From Thermoproteota archaeon (GTDB lineage: Archaea > Korarchaeota > JAOZGF01 > JAOZFZ01), in the NCBI GenBank assembly GCA_027492035.1, contig JAOZFT010000015.1, positions 9,043 through 73,042 of the forward strand: 64,000 nucleotides of DNA, written 5' to 3'. The notes below the pieces were generated by a model that saw nothing but the letters and a program-made list of their open reading frames with translations, ran no database searches and was not told the DNA's origin. Shown one piece after another: positions 21,324 through 31,252 of this stretch (the stretch's first letter is position 1; each line of letters starts with the position of its first letter). A program made the position numbers and the translations under genes.

Positions 21324-22610
21324 GTGCCGAGATATGATGTAGTAGTGGTTGGGGCTGGAATTCTAGGTTTAACTTCAGCATATTACATAAAGAAGTGGAA
21401 CCCGGACAAATCCGTCTTAGTTATTGATAAGTTCGCTTCAGCTGGCCAAGGGAACACTGCAAAAAGTGAAGCTTCATTCAGAAACGTTTTCTCCTCCAAG
21501 ACAAATTTCTTTTTGGCTGACAGCTCTGTTGATTTTTATTTCCACCTCCAAAATGATCTAGGTTACAATCTTGGCTTGCATAAGATAGGATACTTATTTC
21601 TTTTAGGTGAAACAAGTTACAGAAAAGAAATAAATGTATTCAGAGAAGTTGAGAAGAAAGGGGTGGAAGTCGAGTACTTTGAAAAAGATGACTTGGAAAA
21701 AATGATTCCAGGCGTTGTTTTAGAATTCAGTAGCGAAGATGAGGAAGCTAAAAGACTTAACTTAGAAAACGTTGTGATGGGTGTTTTAGGTAAGAAATGC
21801 GGTTATTTAGACGCTGATTCGCTGGTGAAGTTTTACGAAGAAAGTTTTAAAAAAGAAGGAGGCCTTATTCAGTATAAAACATTGGTTACTGAATTAATTC
21901 TTGAACCCTTAGAAAAATACTGCATACCTGGTGAACCTTTTACGTGGCAAGAAGCAAAAATAATGGGAGTAAAAACAAATAGGGGGGAAATAAGGGCTGA
22001 CACTGTGGTAGTGGCAGCAGGTGCTTGGTCAAACATCCTCCTTGACCCTGTAGGAATAGATGCAAGGGTGAAACCTAAGAAAAGACAAATTTTTGTGTTG
22101 AAAGGGGAAAGCCTTGAGCCATTATTTAACATTAAAGGGTTCAACAAGGAGAGGGTTCTTCCATTTGTGGCTATGCCTACAGCAGAGATTTACCTCAGGC
22201 CATGTATAGAGGAGAAAACTTTCTGGGTTGGTTGCACAGATGAGTTGGGGAGGAAATTTGAGCTCGAAGAAGACCCTCAACCAGAAAAATACTTTTACAT
22301 TTACGGGATCAGGCTTGTACTGGAAAAGTACTTTCCCCATTTCAGGAACCTTAAACCGCTTAATGCATGGGCTGGTCAATACACACAAAACTCTTTAGAT
22401 GCAAACCCTTACATTTTTGAGGAGGCTGGTGTAATAACTGTTACAGGAGCAAGTGGAAGCGGAATACTTAAAGGAGATGCAATCGGCAGAGTAGCAGCTG
22501 CTTTATATATGGGTGAAGACTACGCCGAACTTTATGGCGGAAGGAAATTTAAAGTAAGTGACCTTGGAGTGGATGAAAGAAAGGCTGAAAAGGAAGAGTT
22601 AGTGCTCTAA
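21324..22610 (+). CDS. FAD-dependent oxidoreductase, DAO (D-amino-acid/sarcosine oxidase-like) family, paralog A
   Basis: VVVVGAGILGLTSAYYI dinucleotide-binding motif, 428 aa; clear paralog of 44622..45890. Confidence 0.75.
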   Translation: MPRYDVVVVGAGILGLTSAYYIKKWNPDKSVLVIDKFASAGQGNTAKSEASFRNVFSSKTNFFLADSSVDFYFHLQNDLGYNLGLHKIGYLFLLGETSYRKEINVFREVEKKGVEVEYFEKDDLEKMIPGVVLEFSSEDEEAKRLNLENVVMGVLGKKCGYLDADSLVKFYEESFKKEGGLIQYKTLVTELILEPLEKYCIPGEPFTWQEAKIMGVKTNRGEIRADTVVVAAGAWSNILLDPVGIDARVKPKKRQIFVLKGESLEPLFNIKGFNKERVLPFVAMPTAEIYLRPCIEEKTFWVGCTDELGRKFELEEDPQPEKYFYIYGIRLVLEKYFPHFRNLKPLNAWAGQYTQNSLDANPYIFEEAGVITVTGASGSGILKGDAIGRVAAALYMGEDYAELYGGRKFKVSDLGVDERKAEKEELVL

Positions 22611-22702
22611 TAAAAAAATTATTTATTTTCAAAAAGTTTGTTTACGAAGTTTTTTTGTAACCTACTCCTTTAAATTTTAACTTTTTAAGGAGTTAATTAG
22701 TT

Positions 22703-23992
22703 ATGAAAAAGACACTGATTAAAAATTTAGAGGGTGTACCCCAAACCAAACTTCTTTATTTTAAAGACCCTTACAAATTCAAGTTTAAGGCAGAAATTTT
22801 GAAAAAATGGGAAGTAAATGGGAAAATGTATATAGTACTGGACAAAACCTATTTCTATCCAGAAGGTGGAGGCCAGCCATCAGACAAAGGTTATGTCTCA
22901 GTTGAGGATAAAAAGTACTCGGTTGTGGATGTGCAGAAAATTAAGGGCGTCATTGTTCATGAGTGTGTCCCTTCAACTACTAAATCCTTAGAGGGAAAAG
23001 AGGCTTTAGGTGAGATTGATTCTAAAAGAAGAGTTTCTAATATGCGTTGCCACACAGCCTCACACATAGTGATGTCTGCTATCGAAAAAGTTAAGGGAAA
23101 GGCACAGTACGCAGGTTTTGGAATAGAGGAAGGTAAAGTTAGGTTAGATGTTCAAACTGAGAAAATAACACCCGAAGACTTAGAGGAAATAGAAAGGCGT
23201 TCAAACAAAGTTATTTACCAAGCCATACCTGTAAAAACATACTTTGTTTCAAGGAGTGAACTGGAAAAGATTCTGACCGGTCTCCACTGGGCAAAGGAAA
23301 TACCCCTAGAGGAAAAAGTGAGGATAGTAGAGATTGAGGGTTTCGACAAAAGTATCTGCAGCGGAACACATTGTTTAAACACTATTGAAATAGGGATGAT
23401 CAAAGTAATTAACAAGTTTAGGCTACAGAAGGGGGTTGAAAGGATAGAGTTCTTAGTTGGGGAGGAAGCAGTTAATGAAACCCTGGACTACATGAACAAA
23501 TTAAGTTCTTTAGCTAGGAAACTGAATATTTCAGCAGAAGAAATACCTAATGTCCTTATGAAGTTAAGGAATGAGAAAAAGAGAATGGAAAAAGAAATTG
23601 AAGAAATGAAGCAAGAGTTAACTGAATCAAAATTCAGAAACTTGATAAGTAAAAAAGAGCTGATAGGAACTGTGGAGGTAGTAACTGGGCTCTTAAGGGA
23701 AGCAAACGCCAAAACCCTGGGGAGACTGGTGAAAAAGGAGATAGAGGAAAACGAAAATTTATTCATTGCTGTGGGGGGATTAAGTGGAAAACCAGCATTA
23801 GTTGCTGGAGGTGGGTCTCAACTTATTAAGAAAGGATTAAACGTAAGTCAGGTAGTCAGTGAAGTATGTCAAACATTGGGTGGGAGAGGTGGAGGGTCGA
23901 AAAACATAGGTTTTGGTGGAGGTTTAACAAGTGAAAACATTGCGAAAGCCGTTGAAAAAGTGAAAGAAAGAATTGTGTCATTCATTAAATGA
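22703..23992 (+). CDS. alaX: AlaX-L type alanyl-tRNA editing protein (AlaRS editing domain plus C-terminal Gly-rich domain)
   Basis: HxxxH (HTASH) and CxxxH (CSGTHC) zinc-binding editing motifs of the Thr/Ala-tRNA synthetase second additional domain; C-terminal GGRGGGSKNIGFGGG as in the AlaRS C-terminal domain. Confidence 0.7.
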   Translation: MKKTLIKNLEGVPQTKLLYFKDPYKFKFKAEILKKWEVNGKMYIVLDKTYFYPEGGGQPSDKGYVSVEDKKYSVVDVQKIKGVIVHECVPSTTKSLEGKEALGEIDSKRRVSNMRCHTASHIVMSAIEKVKGKAQYAGFGIEEGKVRLDVQTEKITPEDLEEIERRSNKVIYQAIPVKTYFVSRSELEKILTGLHWAKEIPLEEKVRIVEIEGFDKSICSGTHCLNTIEIGMIKVINKFRLQKGVERIEFLVGEEAVNETLDYMNKLSSLARKLNISAEEIPNVLMKLRNEKKRMEKEIEEMKQELTESKFRNLISKKELIGTVEVVTGLLREANAKTLGRLVKKEIEENENLFIAVGGLSGKPALVAGGGSQLIKKGLNVSQVVSEVCQTLGGRGGGSKNIGFGGGLTSENIAKAVEKVKERIVSFIK

Positions 23993-24026
23993 ACGAGATT
24001 TGTTTCCTTACCCCAAAGTTCTCATT

Positions 24027-25019
24027 TTAAAGGGGGAAGTGTTTGCCTACCCCCTCTTGCAGAGACTTGGTGTAAGCATGTTTTGCTGTAACGGCATCTT
24101 GAACAGCTAACCCTACAGATTTCCAAAGGGTCACTTCATCCCTTGAAACTCTACCCTTTTTTAAACCAGTAACTACCTCCCCTAGTTCTGCGTAGACATG
24201 GCCTTCAGTTATTGCCCCCTCTTTTATGGGAATTATTATGTCTCCAGATTCCGCTAACACTGCCTCTTTTGAATCAACAAAAACTTTTGATTTCTTAACA
24301 GTTTCCGTATCCAACTCTCTTGCGTCTTTCCCCATCCAACCAATTGAGTTAACATGTGTTCCAGGTTTAATCCATTCCCCCTTTAAAACAGGTTTAACCG
24401 AGGTTGTGGCCACTATTAAAACATCACTTGGTTCAACTGCTTTTTCTGCAGTTTCCACGCTTCTGCCTTCAATCCTAAACCTTTCATTAATTTTTTCAGC
24501 TAACTCTTCAGCTTTGTCTTTCACAACATCATAAACTAAAACTGTTTCTATTTCCCTTACTTCTTTCACAGCCCACACTTGGGTAAATGCTTGTTTTCCA
24601 GCCCCTATTACCCCCAAAACCTTAGAGTCTTTGCGAGATAAATACTTAGTTGCTAAACCAGTTGCAGCACCTGTTCTTAAAGCAGTTATGTAACTTCCAT
24701 CCATAAAAGCTAAAGGTTCACCTGTTTCCGGGTTGTTAAGCTGGATAGTTGCATATATTGTAGGTAACTTATGTTTAACAATGTTATCGGGGTATACTGA
24801 AACAATTTTGACAGCTAAAGAGTTAAGGGGTTCAACGTAAGCCGGCATGTAAAGCATTGTGCCTCTATATTTTTTAATATTTATTATCGGCCTTAATGGA
24901 ACTTCCGTTTCTCCCTTAACAAATGCTGAAAAGGCCTTCTCCATTAAATCAATAACTTCTTTCATATCCAGAACTTTCTTTAAGTCTTTTTCAGTTAAAA
25001 GTAAAACCAAATATTTCAC
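24027..25019 (-). CDS. Ornithine cyclodeaminase/mu-crystallin family protein (OCD, archaeal alanine dehydrogenase or pyrroline-2-carboxylate reductase-like)
   Basis: 330 aa; Rossmann motif VIGAGKQA and family-typical layout. Confidence 0.8.
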   Translation of the reverse strand: MKYLVLLLTEKDLKKVLDMKEVIDLMEKAFSAFVKGETEVPLRPIINIKKYRGTMLYMPAYVEPLNSLAVKIVSVYPDNIVKHKLPTIYATIQLNNPETGEPLAFMDGSYITALRTGAATGLATKYLSRKDSKVLGVIGAGKQAFTQVWAVKEVREIETVLVYDVVKDKAEELAEKINERFRIEGRSVETAEKAVEPSDVLIVATTSVKPVLKGEWIKPGTHVNSIGWMGKDARELDTETVKKSKVFVDSKEAVLAESGDIIIPIKEGAITEGHVYAELGEVVTGLKKGRVSRDEVTLWKSVGLAVQDAVTAKHAYTKSLQEGVGKHFPL

Positions 25020-25221
25020 ACCTCACCTAACTAAGGGTATTCTCACTAAAATTTTTTGTTAACTCAGTTTCAAATACCTTCTTGTTTAGGATTTTTTTAC
25101 CAAGAATTACTGCCTTTTTTTTAAGGTGTTGTAAAAAGTTAATGTTGCAAAAAAGAATTATTGGAAAAAAACTTAAACTTTTAAAAAAATTTTGAAAGGG
25201 AAGTATTATAACCTGTAGCTT

Positions 25222-27069
25222 TTGGTGATGAAGTTGCATGGTTGGAATGGTAAAATCTTAAGGGTGAATCTATCTAGCTCGAAAGTATCTGTTCAAAAGT
25301 ATGGGGCAGATTTTGCTTTGAAATTCATTGGAGGCAGGGGATTCGCAGTTAAGATTTTATGGGATGAACTTAAATCTGGGGTGGATGCTCTCTCTCCATT
25401 GAATAAACTTGTTATAGCTGCTGGTCCGTTAACAGGTCTACCTGGGCCAAGTACAGGTAAACTTGTGCTTGCAGCTAAAAGCCCTTTAACGAATGGGTAT
25501 GGAGACGGGAACATAGGTGGGTTAGCAGCTGTGCATTTAAGAAAAGCAGGTTATGATGCTTTAGTAATTGAAGGAAAAGCTGAAAAACCTTCCTACTTAT
25601 ATGTAGAAAACGAAAATGTAAGTTTGTTAAGTGCTGACGGTATATGGGGGGAGACAACATTTAAGGCTGAAAATAAATTGAGAGAGGTTCATGGGAGGAA
25701 TATAGGGGTTTTAGTAATTGGACCAGCAGGAGAGAACCTGGTTAAATACGCAACTGTAATTTCTCAAGAGGGAAGGGCTGGTGGAAGGCCGGGTATAGGT
25801 GCAGTTATGGGTTCAAAGAATCTAAAAGCCATTGTGCTTAAAGGAACAAAGGAAATTTCTTTAGCAGACCCAAAAAAACATAAAGAAACAGTGAAGGAAT
25901 GTTACAAATCTATACAGGAAAACGAGAATTATTCTTTCTGGGTGAGACAGGGAACCATGGGTGTAGTGGAGTGGTGTCAAGAAAACAGTACACTGCCCAC
26001 TTTTAATTTCAGAGAAGGAGTTTTTGAGTTTTCAAGGATGATTGACGGTTACACTATGGAAGCCATGAAAATAAGTAGAAGGGGGTGCCCTAACTGTAAC
26101 ATGATGTGTGGAAATGTGGTTGTTGATTTGGAGAGAAAAGATTCTGAGTTAGATTACGAAAACGTAGCAATGCTTGGTTCAAACATTGGTTTAGGTCACC
26201 TGGGAAAAGTTTCGGTTTTAAATAGGTTAGCTGACGAATACGGAATAGATACGATTTCATTGGGTTCAAACTTAGCTTTTGCAATGGAGGCTACAGAGAA
26301 AGGTTTATGGAAGGATGGAATTGAGTGGGGAGACTTCGAAGCTGCAAAAGCACTCGTTGAAGACATTACATATCGCAAAGGTCAAGGTAACCTGTTAGCT
26401 GAAGGAGTAAAAAGGGCTTCTGAAGAACTGGGTGGTGGATCTGAACAATGGGCTATTCACGTTAAAGGACTTGAAGTTTCTGCTTATGACTGTCATACAG
26501 CCCCTGGAATGGCTCTAGCTTACGGCACTTCACCAATAGGTGCCCACCATAAAGATGCATGGGTTATTTCATGGGAAGTAAGCACAAACAGGTTAGGATA
26601 TGGAAAAGAAAAAGTTGATAAAGTAATAGAATTCCAAAGGATCCGTGGAGGAATGTTTGAAACGTTAGTCGCCTGCAGACTCCCATGGATAGAGCTTAAT
26701 TTCAGTCTTGAGTGGTACGTGAAGTTGTTTAAAACAGTTACGGGTATAAGTTTAACATTGAATGAACTGGCTGGAACCGTTGCAGACAGGATTTATTGTT
26801 TAATGAGAGCTTTCTGGGTTAGAGAGTATGGTGAAAAGTGGAACAAAGAAATGGACTATCCACCATCCAGATGGTTCAATGAACCATTAACTAAAGGGCC
26901 TTTTAAAGGAGGAAAGCTGGACATGAAAAAGTATGAAGAAACACTTTTGCTGTACTACCGAGAGAGGGGGTGGGATGAACGAGGCATCCCCAAAAAAAGT
27001 ACCTTTGATAAATTGGGTCTCCAAAAGGAAGCAGTTGAACTTGGTAAACATGTCTCTTTAATCCCCTGA
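25222..27069 (+). CDS. aor: Tungsten-containing aldehyde:ferredoxin oxidoreductase (AOR family)
   Basis: 615 aa; N-terminal AFOR_N-like region ([12 protein letters not shown]...), conserved Cys residues for the 4Fe-4S and pterin domains, typical length. Confidence 0.85.
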   Translation: MVMKLHGWNGKILRVNLSSSKVSVQKYGADFALKFIGGRGFAVKILWDELKSGVDALSPLNKLVIAAGPLTGLPGPSTGKLVLAAKSPLTNGYGDGNIGGLAAVHLRKAGYDALVIEGKAEKPSYLYVENENVSLLSADGIWGETTFKAENKLREVHGRNIGVLVIGPAGENLVKYATVISQEGRAGGRPGIGAVMGSKNLKAIVLKGTKEISLADPKKHKETVKECYKSIQENENYSFWVRQGTMGVVEWCQENSTLPTFNFREGVFEFSRMIDGYTMEAMKISRRGCPNCNMMCGNVVVDLERKDSELDYENVAMLGSNIGLGHLGKVSVLNRLADEYGIDTISLGSNLAFAMEATEKGLWKDGIEWGDFEAAKALVEDITYRKGQGNLLAEGVKRASEELGGGSEQWAIHVKGLEVSAYDCHTAPGMALAYGTSPIGAHHKDAWVISWEVSTNRLGYGKEKVDKVIEFQRIRGGMFETLVACRLPWIELNFSLEWYVKLFKTVTGISLTLNELAGTVADRIYCLMRAFWVREYGEKWNKEMDYPPSRWFNEPLTKGPFKGGKLDMKKYEETLLLYYRERGWDERGIPKKSTFDKLGLQKEAVELGKHVSLIP

Positions 27070-27202
27070 GAAAAACAGAGTTTGAGGTATCAATTACTTA
27101 TAATGCTCCACACATAAAAAGATAAGCCCCCTCCCCTTTTTTCAGAGTCCTTCTGAAACAGGCGTCCTTTGACCTTTACTTTGCTTCTTTAAAACAACTC
27201 TT

Positions 27203-27727
27203 TTACTCCTTTTTAATCTTGAAAATCGCTATTTCGTCGGTGGTTTGGATTTGTTCTAAACTCACACCCAAAGCTTCTTCTAAATACCCTTGTAGCAGTT
27301 CCTTTGGAAAGAAGGGGTATTGAACAATAATTTTTCCATTTTCAAGTTTAAAATGTCCCCATCCTATTTGCGACAGAATTTTAAAAGCTATTCCCCAGTT
27401 CTCTTTCTTTCTTGGGTCAACACCAAAATTGGCGAGACATGAATCAACCATTGTTTTACCCATTTCTCTTCCCCCTTTAACCAATTGTTTTTTGGAAAGA
27501 TTACTCAAGAGATTGTTTATGCTTCTTTGGTTTACAATTGCTCTTCTAAACCCCCTTATGAAAATTAAAGGTTCTTTCCATTCAAAAATTGAAAGCTCAA
27601 ACGCTTTCTTAAGGGCTTTAATAACTATTTCTCTCTTGCTTTTAGCAGTTCCTTTCTTGATTAACTCCTCCATGGTGCTGTAAATGTCTTCAGGCAAATT
27701 AATAGTTAAGACAGGCATGGAAGACAC
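27203..27727 (-). CDS. Ribbon-helix-helix (CopG/NikR-like) domain protein with uncharacterised C-terminal domain
   Basis: N-terminal TINLPEDIYSTMEELIKKGTAKSKREIVIKALKK resembles the RHH beta-alpha-alpha DNA-binding motif; remainder unassigned. Confidence 0.4.
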   Translation of the reverse strand: MSSMPVLTINLPEDIYSTMEELIKKGTAKSKREIVIKALKKAFELSIFEWKEPLIFIRGFRRAIVNQRSINNLLSNLSKKQLVKGGREMGKTMVDSCLANFGVDPRKKENWGIAFKILSQIGWGHFKLENGKIIVQYPFFPKELLQGYLEEALGVSLEQIQTTDEIAIFKIKKE

Positions 27728-27811
27728 CTTTTTCGTTGAATAAGAATAATTCCTTGTTTAAAGTATAACGTTTACATTCGTTTTCAAAGTATTTATTTTT
27801 AAGTTGTTTTT

Positions 27812-28684
27812 TCAGAATGCGAGAGCTACTAAACCCACTAAAACAACTGTTACTCCTATTTTTTGATGTGTTAGAACCCTTTCTCCCAAAAACAAATGCG
27901 CAAGTACAAGTGTTAATGCCGGGTAACTTGTAGCTATCGGGGACATCAAAGAAACCATCACTCCACTTCCAAGCCCAAACATAAAGGTTAAGTTTCCAGC
28001 CATACTTGAAACTCCACTCGCAAGCGAAAAAGAAAAATGTTTCTGCGACTTCACTTCTCTCAATTTCAGTTTAGCCATGATTGAGAAGAGGAGTAAATAA
28101 AAAGTTGTTAATGATCTTACACCTAAGAAGGCTAAAAGTTCAGTTGCTTCTTTAACAAGGGGTTTATAAAGGCACCAGGTGAAACCGAAACATAAAACCG
28201 ATACTAAAGCGAAATTTAAACCTATAATTAGTTTTAAACTTTTTTTCACTCCCTTTATTTCTTCAAAATCAATTGAAGCAAGGGACACACCTAAAAAAAC
28301 TATCAAAATACCTATTGTTTCTATTAAACTTAGCCTTTCGTTCAAGAAAAAGTACGATAAAACAATTGCAAATGCTGCTCCTCCGGAGTTGGCTATGGGA
28401 GCCATCAAGGAAATTTTACCGTATTTCAAAGATTTAATGTACATGTAGTAGCCAAGAGTGTAAAATAAACTTGTTGAAATGAAAAGGAGGAAAATTTCTT
28501 TAGTAGGGGCGGGGAAACTTGACTGGAATGGAAGGAAGAGTAAGCCGGCAATTAAACCCGTTAATTGGATGTAAAAAGTTGTTTTTAACTCATTTATTCT
28601 TTCAAGTGCTAATTTGGCAAGGAAATCCCCTGTGCCGAAGAAAAGGAGGGTGAGAATGCCGTAAACAGGCCCAGGGATTAGCAT
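27812..28684 (-). CDS. EamA/DMT-superfamily transporter
   Basis: 290 aa, about 10 TM helices in two repeated halves. Confidence 0.7.
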   Translation of the reverse strand: MLIPGPVYGILTLLFFGTGDFLAKLALERINELKTTFYIQLTGLIAGLLFLPFQSSFPAPTKEIFLLFISTSLFYTLGYYMYIKSLKYGKISLMAPIANSGGAAFAIVLSYFFLNERLSLIETIGILIVFLGVSLASIDFEEIKGVKKSLKLIIGLNFALVSVLCFGFTWCLYKPLVKEATELLAFLGVRSLTTFYLLLFSIMAKLKLREVKSQKHFSFSLASGVSSMAGNLTFMFGLGSGVMVSLMSPIATSYPALTLVLAHLFLGERVLTHQKIGVTVVLVGLVALAF

Positions 28685-28701
28685 TCAACCATCTGCCTTT
28701 T

Positions 28702-29985
28702 TTAAAGTGTAGGGATAGTTATTGAACCATAGGGAACAACTAACACTTCAGCGTCTCTACCTTGTAGTTGAAAAGCCTTGTTTAACGCCTCCTCTACTGT
28801 ATCTTCTCTTTTGAAACCGAATACTGAAAGATCCTCATTTGAAAGGTTACCGGAAACAACAGACACGTTAACTTTCTCTCTTAAAAATGAAAGTTCATAA
28901 ACCATGCATCCTAACACACTTGAAAGCCTCCCCTCCTCAACTAAATTCAGGATATCTTCAGGTTTCAGGGAGAAAATCTCCTTTTCATGTTTAATAATGT
29001 GCTCGGAAACTCCTTCATAGCATGGTGAAACATAAATTAAGGAACCGTTATCCTTAATGATTGGTTCAACTGATGCAAGAGCTCTTGTACCTCCCTGTAG
29101 AAAACTTACGTCATGTTCTTTGAATCCGCTGCTGCACACAACAATATCTGCTTTTCCTGGAGATTTTATCCTTGCAAATTCATCAAGTTTCTTTACTCCT
29201 TCCCGATGAGCCTTTACTATGTCTCCAGAAACAACTTCCACTATTTTTTTCTTATGGTTCAGGACAGTGTTCACAACCATGTCCACGTTTGTTTTTGAAC
29301 CTGCTTCTTCTATATCTTCCCTGACTAAGTTCCCTTTCAATACCCCAAATAAACTTGACCTTTTAATTTTGGCTAAAACCTTTGTAAATAATGAATGATT
29401 TTTCTCTATTGTTTCTCGGCTTGAAACACCTGGCAGAACAGTTTTAGCTCCCCCTGAATAACCTGCAAGCATACATGGAGTTATATTACCTGTAATTATC
29501 TTTATTTCCGCTTCAGCAAAGTCCTTATTAACTTTTAAAGGAGTCAAGTTAGCTGTAACCCCTAAATAAACATTTGTTTCGCTATCCGGGTCATGATTAA
29601 ACACCTTTACCTTCCCAATAACTTCCTCTCCCACATTTCTCTTTATTAGCTCCATCGAATCAGGTCGATGGAGACCTGTAGCAATAATCACTTTCAGATT
29701 TTCATACTTAACTCCCCTACCGTGAAGTTCTTTTAGGAGCACCGATAAAATTTCTTTATTAGGTGTGGGCCTTGTACTATCTGTTACAGCTATGGCTACA
29801 TCCTTCCCCTTTAAATTTTGTGAAAAAAGTGAATTTTTGCCTACTGGGTTATTTAACGCCTTCTTCACTAATTCCTTCACTTTTACATCTTTAACTGTGT
29901 CCTTAGGTGTTAGAACCCCCTTAACATTTCCCCTATCTACAGTAAACTTTAAGAACGTTTCTCCATAGGGCACCTCCACTTCCAT
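28702..29985 (-). CDS. larA: LarA-like nickel-pincer-nucleotide-dependent racemase/epimerase (lactate racemase family, DUF2088)
   Basis: 427 aa; IAVTDSTRPTP, IIATGLHRP and CMLAGYSGGAKTVLPGV align with the LarA blocks IISSDHTRPVP, ILVATGFHRP and FFAGFSGGRKSVLPGI. Confidence 0.75.
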   Translation of the reverse strand: MEVEVPYGETFLKFTVDRGNVKGVLTPKDTVKDVKVKELVKKALNNPVGKNSLFSQNLKGKDVAIAVTDSTRPTPNKEILSVLLKELHGRGVKYENLKVIIATGLHRPDSMELIKRNVGEEVIGKVKVFNHDPDSETNVYLGVTANLTPLKVNKDFAEAEIKIITGNITPCMLAGYSGGAKTVLPGVSSRETIEKNHSLFTKVLAKIKRSSLFGVLKGNLVREDIEEAGSKTNVDMVVNTVLNHKKKIVEVVSGDIVKAHREGVKKLDEFARIKSPGKADIVVCSSGFKEHDVSFLQGGTRALASVEPIIKDNGSLIYVSPCYEGVSEHIIKHEKEIFSLKPEDILNLVEEGRLSSVLGCMVYELSFLREKVNVSVVSGNLSNEDLSVFGFKREDTVEEALNKAFQLQGRDAEVLVVPYGSITIPTL

Positions 29986-30170
29986 CCATTACACCTATAC
30001 TTCCTGGTACTTATTTTCGATTCATATTTAATTTTCCCAAGCATTCTTCGGCCAATGTATTAATATGGATTTAAAAAGATGGATATATTTAAAAATCTGT
30101 TGAATTTTATTTCGTTAAGGGCAGATTGGAAAACATTTTCCTCCTTATATGAAAGGCTAAGGGCGGAAAG

Positions 30171-31223
30171 GTGAGTAAAGTGAGTAATAGAGTAAAAATA
30201 ATAATGTATGGGCTTGGCTACATGGGAAAAGAAATTGCTAAACTGTTACTGAAAAAGAAAGGGGTTGAAATAGTTGGTGCCATAGATATCTCTAAAGACA
30301 TTGTTGGAAAGGATTTAGGAGAAGTTTTAGGGGTAAAAAAAGATTTAGGTGTAACTGTGACTGACGACTCCAAATCTCTTCTTTCAAAAGTTGAGTCAGA
30401 CATAGTTGCGCATGCAACAACTTCCTATTTAACTCAAACATTTTCGCAAATATCTGAATGCGTAATGGAGGGTTTTAATGTCATATCTACATGTGAAGAA
30501 CTCTCTTACCCTTTCAAAAAACATCCTGAACTTGCAAATAAGCTTGACAGGTTAGCTAAAGAAAACGGTGTAACAGTTTTAGGTACAGGGATAAACCCCG
30601 GTTTCTTAATGGACACTTTACCAATAGTGTTAACTGGGCTTTGTCAAGACGTTAAAAAGGTGAAAGTGACCAGGATGATGTATTCAGGTAACCGTAGAAT
30701 ACCTTTCCAGAAAAAGATAGGTACAGGGCTTTCCCCTAACGAATTTAAGCAAAAAATTGAGAAGAAAGAAATAACTGGACATGTTGGTTTAAACGAATCA
30801 ATTGCACACATTGCCGCTGCTCTAGGATGGGAACTGGAAAAAATAGTGGAAGAACCTCCTGAACCTATAATTGCAGAAAAAGAACTTAAAACAAGCTATA
30901 CTACAGTAAAAAGGGGCCAAGTTGCAGGGTTAAAAAGTGTAGGTAGAGGATTAATTCAAGGGAGGGAAGTCATAACTTTGGAGTTTATTTCCCATGCAAG
31001 CGTCGAGGAACCATATGATGAGGTAATAATTGAAGGTACTCCTTCAATACATGAAAAGATAATTGGTGGAGTTCATGGAGACCTAGGTACAGTGGCAATG
31101 GTGGTTAATATGATACCTAAAGTGATTAACGCAAGGCCTGGATTGTTAACAATGAGAGATATGCCTCTACCCTCAGCTGTGCTAGAAGATATGAGAATTT
31201 ACTTAGAATGGGAAACTCCTTAA
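30171..31223 (+). CDS. NAD(P)H-dependent amine dehydrogenase, DapB-N-terminal-like (2,4-diaminopentanoate dehydrogenase family)
   Basis: 350 aa; N-terminal Rossmann motif IIMYGLGYMGKEIAKLLLKKKGVEIVGAID, typical length for this family. Confidence 0.6.
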   Translation: MSKVSNRVKIIMYGLGYMGKEIAKLLLKKKGVEIVGAIDISKDIVGKDLGEVLGVKKDLGVTVTDDSKSLLSKVESDIVAHATTSYLTQTFSQISECVMEGFNVISTCEELSYPFKKHPELANKLDRLAKENGVTVLGTGINPGFLMDTLPIVLTGLCQDVKKVKVTRMMYSGNRRIPFQKKIGTGLSPNEFKQKIEKKEITGHVGLNESIAHIAAALGWELEKIVEEPPEPIIAEKELKTSYTTVKRGQVAGLKSVGRGLIQGREVITLEFISHASVEEPYDEVIIEGTPSIHEKIIGGVHGDLGTVAMVVNMIPKVINARPGLLTMRDMPLPSAVLEDMRIYLEWETP

Positions 31224-31252
31224 CTTTTAAACTAAACAGGGGCTTGTAGGAG

